DNA from: Carpediemonas membranifera BICM
Taxonomy: Eukaryota; Protista; Fornicata
Length of the DNA stretch: 64,000 nucleotides
Reading direction: 5' to 3'
Assembly (NCBI GenBank): GCA_019828565.1
Contig: JAHDYR010000069.1
Coordinates: 372,001 to 436,000, forward strand
The first letter of the stretch is position 1, and every line of letters begins with the position of its first letter. The notes beneath the pieces were generated by a model, which saw only the letters and a program-made list of their open reading frames with translations, was not told the DNA's origin and searched no databases. Of the stretch, positions 11,482 through 21,314 are shown piece after piece. A program made the position numbers and the translations under genes.

Positions 11482-12387
11482 TCACTCCACGACTAGGAAC
11501 ACGGCGACCCTGACCAGCGTCTGCTCCACAGCCCCAGGCGCAGCACCCTCAGCAAGTAAAGTAGAAGTGAGCGGGCCCGCCAGGTCTGCCTCAGCCTCAC
11601 CCAGCGCGGTATACGCTATGCGGGCGACGTGCATGGTGTGAATAACGACTTCGGGCGTGGCGGAGGGGTGTGAGGCAGCTCGATGGGCGCAGTGCAGCGC
11701 CTCCGAGGGGTTGTCGTGAATCAGCTCGAGTAGCGCCACTGCGAGTAGACCCCGCGCGCTGTTGAGCACACTCACTGTGTTATTACCCTCTACCCTGAAC
11801 AGGTTCGACGGCGCCATGCAGAGAAGCGCCATGGCGCGGGTATGGTCATCACGGAGCCCCGCGTCAAGGGCACTAGTCACATGCTCTCGGGCAGACTTGA
11901 AGTCGTCCTGCAGGAACTGTACTAAGGCGTACAGTACATTGTGTCGCCCCGTCCTGTCATTCACGGCTTCCAGTCGCCGCGCCGCCTCGTCCAGAATCCT
12001 CGCCTGGAGTGGTCTGAGGCCCTCTACCAGCAGCAGCCTTAGCCAGTCCTCGACGATGGCTGTGACGTCCTTTTGGGGCATGAGGGAGTGCACGAGCAGA
12101 GCTTGCATCGGAGAGGCACGAAGGAGGATTGAGCGGACGGAATCGAGCAAGCGCTCTGGAAATGCTGGATACTTATCCAAAAAGAAGGTTGTAGCCGTGT
12201 TATCGGCCTCCAGGTAGCGACGGTAGATGAGTATTGGCGACCGGACGTAGTATGGGACGTCGAGGAAGGGCACAGGAGTCTCAAGGAGCTGGTTCCGGTC
12301 AAAGATCATCTTGACATGGTTCAGCACCTCGGCTTCACCCGCCGTCCTTGAGGTGTAAAAGCCGAGCATTCGAGCACTAACCTGCAC
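11482..12387 (-). CDS. Hypothetical helical/TPR-like protein (start uncertain)
   Basis: 301-aa Leu/Ala-rich ORF with TPR-like helices. Confidence 0.5.
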   Translation of the reverse strand: MQVSARMLGFYTSRTAGEAEVLNHVKMIFDRNQLLETPVPFLDVPYYVRSPILIYRRYLEADNTATTFFLDKYPAFPERLLDSVRSILLRASPMQALLVHSLMPQKDVTAIVEDWLRLLLVEGLRPLQARILDEAARRLEAVNDRTGRHNVLYALVQFLQDDFKSAREHVTSALDAGLRDDHTRAMALLCMAPSNLFRVEGNNTVSVLNSARGLLAVALLELIHDNPSEALHCAHRAASHPSATPEVVIHTMHVARIAYTALGEAEADLAGPLTSTLLAEGAAPGAVEQTLVRVAVFLVVE

Positions 12388-12713
12388 CGCTTCAGGCCAG
12401 ACGCTGTGACACCCAGGGCAAAGAGGGGCTGCAGGAGACCGAAGACGAGCATGAGCGTGACCACTGACCTTTACTTTGAGATCACGGCGAGATGGCGCCG
12501 CTGCTGTTCGCGACTATCCTGCTGCTGATTGCAGTACAGTGTCAGAGTCTGGTGCCAGTCGAGCAACACGAGGCCTGTGGTGAGCGGAGAGAGCTAGTCG
12601 AGGTGGGCGGGCCGACCGATGGCAGCGGGCCGTGTCACTGTGCTGCATCGCGACGGCCTCGGGAAGGTGCCAGGCGCGGCGACATCTCGCACTCGCTGCT
12701 GTAGTGGGTAGCT

Positions 12714-13397
12714 TTATTCGTTAAAGAGCTTGATGACCCTGATCATCTCGGTGTAAGGTAAGGTAAGGCGGCCATCAGACGAGAATGCAAGGCGAACCAC
12801 ATGCCCAGCGTGCCCACTGAGGGTCTTAGTTTGCTGGCATGTGGCTGCATCCCAGAGTTTGATGAGATTGTCATCACCCCTGGAGCGATGGTCGATCCGT
12901 CCGGCGACACGGCAACACTCCAAACTGCACCTCCATGTGCTATGGTCATGCTACACTGGCCAGTGGCCGAGTCCCACTGCTTGACGGTGCCGTCTTGTGA
13001 GGCAGTGACGATGGTGCCGTCGGGGGTGGTGGCGACACCGAACACTGTGTCTTCGTGCCCATTCAGTGTCCATATGCACACGCCAGCCTCCATATCCCTT
13101 CTGGTGTGCAAGTTCCATGCATTGAGCGCGAGCTCGACCCGGTTGTTCTCATGGTCAGCCTCGAGTCTGCCATCCACCATCGAGACGGTAACGGCGGGCT
13201 CAGTGAGTTCTATCGTCAGCGTATCGGGTTCTACGCTCTCGCTGAGAAGGTACTGGATGACCTTCTCGAGGTCCCGAACGGTGATCGGTGTCTCACCTCG
13301 CTTGCGGATTTGGAGGCTCGGAGCTTGCGGTGCGGATCTGAGCAGCTACTGCTTTACAGTCCTTGATGTGTGAAAATTCAGCCTCGAGACGTACCAT
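12714..13397 (-). pseudogene. Disrupted WD40-repeat gene
   Basis: WD repeats (GHEDTVFGV..TASQDGTVKQWD; DDNLIKLWD..LSGHAGHV..FSSDG) are split across two frames at about 12880, with an in-frame TAG near 13347. Confidence 0.6.
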
Positions 13398-13568
13398 TGG
13401 CTGTGTAATGACGAAATTGGCGGATCAAACCTTGGTTGGTGTTGGTTGGACTTGAGTCGACAAAGTCATGAAAGGAGAGAGTCACGAAAGGTGAGTATGC
13501 CGCAGTGAGTGGCGAGTCGAAACACCCCTTTACCCCCGCATACCCCATTATCCTAATCCGCAGTTTAA

Positions 13569-14663
13569 TTATAACTGAGCCATACCGACGACCTGCACCT
13601 CTTCCTCAACAAGCCCCTCCCGGCACGCCTCAGGGCACGTTGCCACACACACAGCCAAGAAGTCGAGCTCCCCCTTTCCATGCGTCCTATCGTCAGATCC
13701 CAGCATATGAAGGGCAGGTGAGAGCAGCTGGGCCTCCCACACCCGGCACCGACCACAGTGGGGGCATGGCGCGGGCTTTTCGAGCGTCACAGAGGTGGGA
13801 AGCAGGGGCTCGGCGTCTCTAGCGTATCTGACAGCCACACCACTGCCCTTGCCGATGTTTGTCAGGTGTAGGGACCACGTGGTGAAGGCCTCGTCCTTGG
13901 GCATTATCGCCTCCACTTCCTTGGACAGCTTGGCACCCTTCATGCTGCTCATCTTCATGCTGGCCTTCTTGCCCATGCCCTTGCCCTTGGGCTCGATGTC
14001 GTCGTCGTCGCTCCCTTCTTCGGCCTCGACCTGGACGTTCTTGTAAGTGTGTCCATTCATGGGCACGTGCGGCTCGTCCTCCAGCTCGGGCTGTTCGGTG
14101 ATGTAAAGCAGCACGCCGGGATGGTCGCCCCGTCTTTCAGGCATCGCGGTGCCCGCTTCGGCCAGATCGGACTCTGGATCCGCCTCTTCTGGCTGGGCGG
14201 CCTTGGGGGTAGGGGTAGGGGCAGGGGTGGGCTCGGTCTGGACCTTCGCCTGGCTCATGAGTGCACCAAGGGCGGCAAAGCTCTTCACAGCAGGCTTGGC
14301 GGGGGCGATGGGCTCAGGCTCGGGTTCAGGTGCCTGCTCTACTTCTTTGGGGGCGTTCTTGAGCGTTTTGGTGTACGAGAAGCACTTGGCGGTGCGTTTG
14401 AAGTGATCCGAGTTGCATCCGAAGAGATAGAGGATGCGGAACTTGACCTCGTCGTCGTTGGGGTACAGAGGCGCGTACAACTGGGCCAGAAGGTTCAGTG
14501 GATGGTCGTCAATGAAGCAAGTGAGGTCCTTCTCATCGAATGAGAAGCCATCAACTGTAATGGGCTGGCCGCCAATGAAGTTGTCCATTGCATTCACATC
14601 CTTGGGCAGCGGCCCGCTTGCAAGGCCGATATACGCAGCTTCAGCCGTTGAGGTATCCTCCAT
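13569..14663 (-). CDS. PDCD2/PDCD2L (Tsr4-like) protein
   Basis: N-terminal YIGL..NFIGGQP; C-terminal PCPHCG..WEAQLLSP..LDFLAVCVATCPEAC..VEEEV, a PDCD2_C pattern. Confidence 0.75.
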   Translation of the reverse strand: MEDTSTAEAAYIGLASGPLPKDVNAMDNFIGGQPITVDGFSFDEKDLTCFIDDHPLNLLAQLYAPLYPNDDEVKFRILYLFGCNSDHFKRTAKCFSYTKTLKNAPKEVEQAPEPEPEPIAPAKPAVKSFAALGALMSQAKVQTEPTPAPTPTPKAAQPEEADPESDLAEAGTAMPERRGDHPGVLLYITEQPELEDEPHVPMNGHTYKNVQVEAEEGSDDDDIEPKGKGMGKKASMKMSSMKGAKLSKEVEAIMPKDEAFTTWSLHLTNIGKGSGVAVRYARDAEPLLPTSVTLEKPAPCPHCGRCRVWEAQLLSPALHMLGSDDRTHGKGELDFLAVCVATCPEACREGLVEEEVQVVGMAQL

Positions 14664-14759
14664 CCTGTGCTTCGCTTCGTCGTCTTCAGAGACCGACTCC
14701 TCGACTCAGCTAGACTCCCCCCAGCCCACCCGACGCACGCGACGCATGTATCCGCAAGT

Positions 14760-15731
14760 TTATTCATCCGTGTGGGGCCGCTTTCCCTCTCTCTCCTCCG
14801 TCCCGTCGACCTTGGACCTCTTGGTTCCTCTAAACTGCCGCCGGTTGACCTCCATGACATCCTGGGACACGTGATACAGCCTTGCCACAGTCTGCCCGAG
14901 CCCGTCCTTGCTCTTGTTCTTGCCCAACTTATCAATAATGTTGATAGCCTTCTTGCATGCCGCCTTCCGCTTAGCTGGCTCGGCCCACTGCGCCCGGGCA
15001 ATAGTGAACTCCACAGCGAATCCGGCGAGGTTGTTCTTGACGAAGGGCTGAGTGCCAGTGGACTTGGTAAAGGCCATCTTCTGGACCTGGATATTAAACC
15101 TGTCCTCATCCAGTGCCGTGCAGACGACCACGGGGGTGTGCTCGATGGAGGTGGGGTCGAGTTGGTCCTGGCGATCGTGGCCTCGGAACATGTCAATCAA
15201 AAGATTACGAGTCAGGGCAAGATCATTGTGGTTAGTCCAGTCGCCCTGGAAGATGAAGAAGGGCTTGAAGGAGAGGTCCCATGCAGTGTCGGCGTCCTTC
15301 TTGGTGGCGCATACGTCGTCCGTGGACATGTAGTGGAAGCCGGGATATGGGTAGTACGAGCCCTCGCTGTCGGGGGCCTTGACAACGGCAAGCTCGACCA
15401 TATCGAGGGCCTCGTGCTCGAATGTGCGGCCGAGAGTGATGGTGTGTCCGCGTTTCTTGGTGGTTGCCGCCGTCATGAAGAGAGAAATGTTCTTCTTGCG
15501 GGAGATCTCCTGGATGACCTCAATGTCTTCGAAAGGACGAAGGTTCGCCTTCTTGCCAAGCTTGTGCACGTGAGGGGTCTTGAGAGCGGCCATATCCTTG
15601 AGCAGCTCGGATGCAAGGGCACCAGCAGTGCTGGAAGCCCCGACAAGGGCCAGTTTCTCGCCTTCAATCGGCTCAGACTCAAAAGCGACCTTCGAACCCT
15701 TCTTTCCACCCTTAGGGTTTCCCTTAGCCAT
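14760..15731 (-). CDS. RPF2: Ribosome production factor 2 (Brix domain)
   Basis: LRPFEDIE, SLFM..TKKRGHTITLGRTFEHEALDMVEL, KPFFIFQG, RNLLIDMFRG, KNKSKDGLGQTVARLYH. Confidence 0.85.
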   Translation of the reverse strand: MAKGNPKGGKKGSKVAFESEPIEGEKLALVGASSTAGALASELLKDMAALKTPHVHKLGKKANLRPFEDIEVIQEISRKKNISLFMTAATTKKRGHTITLGRTFEHEALDMVELAVVKAPDSEGSYYPYPGFHYMSTDDVCATKKDADTAWDLSFKPFFIFQGDWTNHNDLALTRNLLIDMFRGHDRQDQLDPTSIEHTPVVVCTALDEDRFNIQVQKMAFTKSTGTQPFVKNNLAGFAVEFTIARAQWAEPAKRKAACKKAINIIDKLGKNKSKDGLGQTVARLYHVSQDVMEVNRRQFRGTKRSKVDGTEEREGKRPHTDE

Positions 15732-15832
15732 CTTTACGAAGCAACGTCCAGTGAGAAATGATCCCATCATCCAGCTGATCAAACCAAACCAATCAAACGT
15801 GAAACGATACATACAAGTCTTTAAGAACATCC

Positions 15833-16696
15833 TCACTTGGCTACAGGTGTCCGCGGGGCGGCCCTGCTGCCTGGCCGGGACCTGCCACGGCTGGTGGGGC
15901 GGGAGGGCGACTTATGGCTAATGTTGGTGAGAGTGACCACGTCGCGCTCAAGCTGCTTGACCTTATCCCGCTGGGACTGGACCACGCTCTCGAGCTCCGC
16001 CTTCTGGGTCTTTAGGGCAGTGTTGGCAGCCAGTAGCGTCTTGTTCTTCCCGGCAGAGATGTCAAACTTCCGCTGGACCTCCGCAAGGTTGGCCTTGATA
16101 CCCATGATCTGCTCCTGCAGGTTCTTGTGGCGCACAGCGATCTCTCTGACGTTTGAGGCGTGCTGGTTCTTCTCAGTGTCGAACTTGGTCCTGAGATCCT
16201 TCGCCTCGCCCTGGAGGGACTTCAGCTCAGACTCGAGAGTCAGGTTCTTCTTCGTCTCGGCGTCTGCGATCTGCTGCATCTTGAGCTTCTCGGCGTCAGT
16301 AGTGTGCAGCTGATCGTTCAACTCGTTCTTCTGGGCATCGATCTCCTTGAGCTTGGCCTCGATGCGCTCGAGACGGACTTCGAGAGACTGTTTCTCCTTC
16401 TCAACTTGGAGGTTCTGCTTCTTAAGCATTTCAATCTGTGTAGTCATGCGAACTTCCGTCGAGGAGAGGGCGGTCTCCAAATCAGCAATGCGTTTCCGGT
16501 AGGCGGTGTTCTCCGCATCAAGCTCCTGTCTACGGCGAAGAAGCTGGTCTCTCTCGCGCGTGAGAGTCAGAAGCTGCGCTTTCTTCTCTGCTACGTCCGC
16601 CTTGAACACACGGGCTTCGCTGTCAATAGTAACAAGCGCCTGCTTGCGTTCCGCTTCAACTGCCTCAATCTTCGCTTTGAGATCGGCAACAGACAT
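15833..16696 (-). CDS. Coiled-coil protein
   Basis: Continuous heptad-rich K/E/Q/L sequence. Confidence 0.75.
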   Translation of the reverse strand: MSVADLKAKIEAVEAERKQALVTIDSEARVFKADVAEKKAQLLTLTRERDQLLRRRQELDAENTAYRKRIADLETALSSTEVRMTTQIEMLKKQNLQVEKEKQSLEVRLERIEAKLKEIDAQKNELNDQLHTTDAEKLKMQQIADAETKKNLTLESELKSLQGEAKDLRTKFDTEKNQHASNVREIAVRHKNLQEQIMGIKANLAEVQRKFDISAGKNKTLLAANTALKTQKAELESVVQSQRDKVKQLERDVVTLTNISHKSPSRPTSRGRSRPGSRAAPRTPVAK

Positions 16697-16798
16697 GGTA
16701 GTTCCGGGGGTGAAAATTTTCGCTGCGCATAAAATGCACTTGCCCCAACTGGAGTCTGCATATAGACGATTGAGAGTCCTACTTTATTGCTTGCACTG

Positions 16799-16817
16799 TG
16801 CACTCTATGATACTTCA
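16799..16817 (+). repeat. 19-bp direct repeat, left copy (TGCACTCTATGATACTTCA), flanking the Fanzor locus
   Basis: Identical to 18579-18597. Confidence 0.95.
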
Positions 16818-17005
16818 TTACCCCTTCCCGCTCCCTTCCTTCTTCTTGAGAGTGATACTTCGATAGTCAGTCATCATCGTCGGGGGTCATCAATCAGTGC
16901 TTCTCCAGTCCTCTCGCCAAGCAACTAGCTTCCCACCTATCGTCTACCCCATCTTACTTCCATCCGCTCTCTTCTGCTTGTCGGATTTCGGGGTCTTGAT
17001 CATGA

Positions 17006-18559
17006 CGTCTTGAATATGCCACGAGCACCAAGCTGTGGCTCGTCAAGGCCCTTGAAGGTTACTGCTGGCGCCTGGCGAAGATCATCACTCGGGTCGACAC
17101 TGCCCTGACTCAGCGTGATCCAGACGTGCCCCGGGACGACATCACCCGGTTGCGCACCGAACAACGCGCTGTCAAGGCGATCGTTGATGAGCACCTTGCA
17201 AAGATCTCAACTCCGGGACGAGTCGACGAGGGCGTTCTACTCACGCTGCCCTGCGTCTGGCGGATCTCCGCGGCTCTGGGAGAGCTCACGGATATGGTTG
17301 CGGCATTCAACACCGCCCATCCACCTCTTCCGGGTGACAAGCTGCTGGCTGGCCCCAAGCTTGTTCCGCTTGTCCCGATGGCTCCGATCCGCCCCGGGTT
17401 CATGCACGTTCCCTGTTCTCTCAACGTGCTGAACCCGGCTTGGCTTGCCCAACTTGGGGTCGACCCGGAGCATCACACCACTGAGCGCATGACCCGAGAG
17501 CAGCTGGAGGCTCTTCCTCCGAACATCCGTCGGGTGCTGTCTGTCAAGACAGATGGGGTCGCCGTAGACCTCACGGTCCAAGTTGGTGCTCTGCCATACG
17601 TCAGCAGACGTGCCAGTGGCAACCCGACGATGAAGCGAAAGGTTCGGGAGCGTCTGGGTGTGGATGACGCAGATGCTCGCCCCGCGCCAGACCCCGATGC
17701 CCACCTCATGGGTTTCGACCCGGGTGCTCGGGCTCTGGGTGGATTCTTCATCCGCCACCCAGATGGCACCACCAGCTCCGGTGTGGTCCCGAAGTGTGGG
17801 TACACCAAGACCCCCAGCTTCGCGTTCGACATGACTCCTGCGTCATTCAAAAGTACAAATCTAGATAGTCTACAAAACTCGATTAGGTTTGTGCTCCTCC
17901 ACGAGCAGGAAATATTCGACGCTGGGATGGTCAAGAGCTTCCGCAGAGTGCGCCTGACGAACCACATCTTGCGTCAAAAGCACTTCCACAGAGCTGGGGA
18001 GCTGCTTGCTCGCACCCTAGGATGGACTCCTCGGCGACTCCCTCGCGGTATTGCCCCTCCCCGGGCAGCCCCCACCAGGCTGGTTGTCTTCTACGGAAGC
18101 GCTAGATTCAAGACGCCCCGTCGGGTGCATCCATGCGCGCCGTATGGTCGCTTTGCAAAATCACTACCACACATCATGAGAGCTGTCAACATCACTGCTG
18201 AAGTGCGGATGACTAACGAGTTCCGAACCTCACTCGTCTGCCCCTTCTGCCGCGCGAGGTTCCGTAGAACTCGCTACACGAGGCGCACGATGCGATGCCA
18301 CAACCCGAATTGTCAAGGTGCTCCATGGTACAGACAGCAACGCCTCAATTCCGATCCTACCACCACTTGGCTCAATCTCTCCCACAGAGACAAGACTGCT
18401 GCACAGAACATCTTGGATTGCGGCCTCATGGCGGATGCACAGTATCAAGCCAGTGCTTTCAGAAATCCAAGACCTCCAGCCCGTCTTCCCAACTATAACC
18501 CCAATACACCAATTACGGCTAACCAGCCGCTAGTCTTCGCCTCCGGGCAAGCTAATTGA
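17006..18559 (+). CDS. Fanzor (Fanzor1-like, TnpB-derived) RNA-guided RuvC nuclease
   Basis: SVKTDGVAV; RuvC-I MGFDPG (D 17717); VVFYG; rearranged RuvC-II NEFRTS (E 18218); zinc finger CPFC...CHNPNC; RuvC-III HRDKTAAQNI (D 18389). The frame is open from 17006, but the first in-frame ATG is 17294. Confidence 0.9.
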   Translation, partial: RLEYATSTKLWLVKALEGYCWRLAKIITRVDTALTQRDPDVPRDDITRLRTEQRAVKAIVDEHLAKISTPGRVDEGVLLTLPCVWRISAALGELTDMVAAFNTAHPPLPGDKLLAGPKLVPLVPMAPIRPGFMHVPCSLNVLNPAWLAQLGVDPEHHTTERMTREQLEALPPNIRRVLSVKTDGVAVDLTVQVGALPYVSRRASGNPTMKRKVRERLGVDDADARPAPDPDAHLMGFDPGARALGGFFIRHPDGTTSSGVVPKCGYTKTPSFAFDMTPASFKSTNLDSLQNSIRFVLLHEQEIFDAGMVKSFRRVRLTNHILRQKHFHRAGELLARTLGWTPRRLPRGIAPPRAAPTRLVVFYGSARFKTPRRVHPCAPYGRFAKSLPHIMRAVNITAEVRMTNEFRTSLVCPFCRARFRRTRYTRRTMRCHNPNCQGAPWYRQQRLNSDPTTTWLNLSHRDKTAAQNILDCGLMADAQYQASAFRNPRPPARLPNYNPNTPITANQPLVFASGQAN

Positions 18560-18597
18560 AGTGGAGAGAGGCAGTGCTTGCACTCTATGATACTTCA
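18482..18597 (+). ncRNA. Candidate omegaRNA (scaffold overlapping the ORF 3' end, plus guide) of Fanzor copy 1
   Basis: Nucleotide blocks cgtcttc / caatt / ggctaacc and hairpin tag-ctt-gcc[tccg]ggc-aag-cta are shared with the paralogue despite indels. Boundaries inferred. Confidence 0.55.
18579..18597 (+). repeat. 19-bp direct repeat, right copy
   Basis: Identical to 16799-16817; begins 20 nt after the Fanzor stop codon. Confidence 0.95.
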
Positions 18598-18698
18598 CCA
18601 ACTGGTGCAAAAAAGTTTGCTTCAAACCGGATGACAAAATCCGATATGTCATCATATCTATTCCCTCCTCAACTATATCTATCCAACCGAACGAGTAT

Positions 18699-19472
18699 TT
18701 AGTGGATCTCAGCGCCATCAGGCAGGTCAGCGGTGAGGGCACCCTTCGCCGTGACAATCTCCATGCCGCACAGCGTGGCCTTCTTGTCCTTCACGGAGAG
18801 GTTACCGACGACGCGCTCCCACTGCTTGGGCGGGCACCTGGCGTCCATGGGGGAGGCGAGGTCCAGGGGGACCGTGCTTGCCTCGGGGAGACCCTCGGCG
18901 TGCTCGCCGGTAGGGTTAACGTAGATGCGATCGCCGACAACGGACCCGGTCGGAGGTTCGAGGACCTTGACGATCTCCTTGGTCTCGCCGCTGACGACGG
19001 AGCCGGCAAGAAGCATGGCTTCGGACAGAGTGCCGGCGAGCTTCGCGGGCTTGAGGTTGAGGATGGTGCAGACCTTCTTGTTGACGAGCTCCTCCTTGGA
19101 GTAGAAGAGCTTGATGCCAGCGACAAAAGTCTTGAGCTCAGCGCCCTCCTCCTCGGAAACCTTGAGCTTCATGAGGTAGAGCTTGTCGGCGACAGGGTGG
19201 TCCTCGCACGAGACGATCTGTGAGACCTGGAGGAAGGCCTTGTTGAAGGACTGCATCACAGCGTGCTTGGGCTCAATGGGCTTGCCGCGCTTGGGCTGCT
19301 TGGGCTGCTTGGGCTTCTTCTGCTTGGGCTTGGGAGCCTCAGCGGGCTTCTGGGCGGCATCAGCGGGCTTGCCCTCGTTGGCGGCCTGCTCGGCAGTAAC
19401 GCCGGCCTTCTCCTCAACAAGCTTGATAGCCTCGTTGACCTCATTAAGTGCCTTATCGATAGAGTCGCTCAT
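18699..19472 (-). CDS. tRNA-binding OB-fold protein (Arc1p/AIMP1/EMAPII-like)
   Basis: HPVADKLY, FVAGIK, ILNLKPAKLAGTLSEAMLLAG, LEPPTGSVVGDRI. Confidence 0.9.
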   Translation of the reverse strand: MSDSIDKALNEVNEAIKLVEEKAGVTAEQAANEGKPADAAQKPAEAPKPKQKKPKQPKQPKRGKPIEPKHAVMQSFNKAFLQVSQIVSCEDHPVADKLYLMKLKVSEEEGAELKTFVAGIKLFYSKEELVNKKVCTILNLKPAKLAGTLSEAMLLAGSVVSGETKEIVKVLEPPTGSVVGDRIYVNPTGEHAEGLPEASTVPLDLASPMDARCPPKQWERVVGNLSVKDKKATLCGMEIVTAKGALTADLPDGAEIH

Positions 19473-19758
19473 TCTTGCAAACTGACCAGACAGATCAAAA
19501 GAACCCGCACTTTAACGTCAGTCGCGACTCAATCGACTCTGGGATCTCTGGGATCTAGTTTATCACCCCCAACGCCTTTCTGCTCCCGCACGCACATTGA
19601 AGTAAATGCAACCCTGTCGTTCGCTGCACCTCTCCCTTGCCATCTCCAGCCTCTCAGCCCGAGCTCAAGACAGCCGGCACCCCAGATCAAAAACTTTACC
19701 TTGCATAAAACCGCATATGTATCTTAAAAATCGCATATCAGATAATTACTGCCACAGA

Positions 19759-21048
19759 CTATTGCTCCAACGTCGACAGGAGCGCGAGTACCTCGAGCGG
19801 CGAGCATAGTAGTTCACCCGGCACCGTGCTGAACATCGCGCCGGCCCCAATAGCCGCCTCGGCCCTTTTCCCAGACATGGCAGGCATCATAAAGCTGACA
19901 CTGCGCTGTGCAGGACTGAGGGGGGGCATCTTCATCGGCTGGCAGGCGGCGAGGTCGACCCTAGGAGCATGGGCCGTCTCGGGCGTGCACATGCCGACAA
20001 TGACCCCGCCCGCGGGGTCGGAGGAGGTCTGGTCGAACATGAGCTTGAACACCTCCTCGGGGGAGGTGGATCCGCGAAAGAGTTCCGCCTCGGGCGACTG
20101 GCTGGCGAGGCTGGGGTCGTGTAGCAGGCGGGCGATGATCTCGGGACGCATGCCGATGCTCTGAAGCACGGCGGCGAGGGTCTCCTTCTGGTCTTCGTTC
20201 TGGGAAGCAGCCTCGAGCTCTGACTGAAAGCACTCTTCGAACTCGGCCACGACCTCCTCAGCGTTGATATTGGTCGCACGGACAAGGTCCTCTCTGCCCC
20301 AGTCCGCAGCTGTGTGGCCCCTTGCCTTCATTGCTTCATCCAGGATCGAGGAGAACGGCGGGCAGTTCGACAGGTCAGACCGGAGCTTGGACCGCATGTA
20401 GTCGTACACCGTGGCCGCCAGCTCGACGTGGGTAAGCACAAAGCGGGGCTGTCCACCTGAGGTGTGCAGACGCTTGTCGACCCGGCCGCTGGGGGCTCGG
20501 CGAATGTCGGGGATGAAACGATCGTCGGCGATGCCGTCAAAGCATGCCTGGAACAAGCTGACGGTGATCCGCGTGAAGTTCTCGTGGTTGTCGAGGTTTG
20601 CGCTGACAGCGCCGGGTACTTCTTGCTCTAGGAGAGAGACGAGGTTCCTTCGGCGATTACGCTTGTTGCGGTTGTACCGACACTGGAAAGTGTTCTTCCA
20701 ACGATCTAAGTACTGGTTAGGCGCGATGTTAAGCGCCTTAGCCCACTGAGGGTTCGGAGGATGGGAGTTGTTGTTGCGATTTGTGCTAGGCGGAGGAGGG
20801 GCGATTGCATAGTGGACAATATCAGTCATAAACAGTTCGTGCACAACAGTACACCATATCTTGCGGTGTTTCGGGGCCATAAATCCGTAAGTTGGGGGAT
20901 TCTGGCGATGAAGGTGCTTTGCCCCCGACCCAAACGACCCGAACTCAGGGGAATGTGGGTCGCAGTATTTCAGATATCTCGTAAGTGGGGCCTGGCTGGG
21001 TTCGTTGGGGATGAGCTGCGTTGTGAGCCTCAAATTGTCAGATATCAT
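19759..21048 (-). CDS. Hypothetical protein
   Basis: 429-aa ORF; no recognised motif. Confidence 0.65.
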   Translation of the reverse strand: MISDNLRLTTQLIPNEPSQAPLTRYLKYCDPHSPEFGSFGSGAKHLHRQNPPTYGFMAPKHRKIWCTVVHELFMTDIVHYAIAPPPPSTNRNNNSHPPNPQWAKALNIAPNQYLDRWKNTFQCRYNRNKRNRRRNLVSLLEQEVPGAVSANLDNHENFTRITVSLFQACFDGIADDRFIPDIRRAPSGRVDKRLHTSGGQPRFVLTHVELAATVYDYMRSKLRSDLSNCPPFSSILDEAMKARGHTAADWGREDLVRATNINAEEVVAEFEECFQSELEAASQNEDQKETLAAVLQSIGMRPEIIARLLHDPSLASQSPEAELFRGSTSPEEVFKLMFDQTSSDPAGGVIVGMCTPETAHAPRVDLAACQPMKMPPLSPAQRSVSFMMPAMSGKRAEAAIGAGAMFSTVPGELLCSPLEVLALLSTLEQ

Positions 21049-21314
21049 CGAATGATACGGCGGAAATCTTTGAGTGATTCAGCTGATAAACAGTCGTAAC
21101 TGGATGTATAGAGGATGAAAACACGCGAATTGATTAAAATTCCCCTGTCATGATAAGAGGATATCAGATCAGCTCACGATCGCACATTTCCAGTGGTCCT
21201 CAAAAGTCAATCAAAAAATTAGCTCATCCGATGTTTCCGGGTAAGCTCGCTAGACTCTCCCATAGTTTCCATGAGGCGTGAGCAACGTTGCTCTCGGTCC
21301 TTCCGGAGTTCATC

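Noticed and set aside
13569-14663. Functional linkage of the PDCD2-like uS5 chaperone with RPS2 in the same window
   Set aside because: They are 41 kb apart with unrelated genes between; no evidence beyond coincidence.
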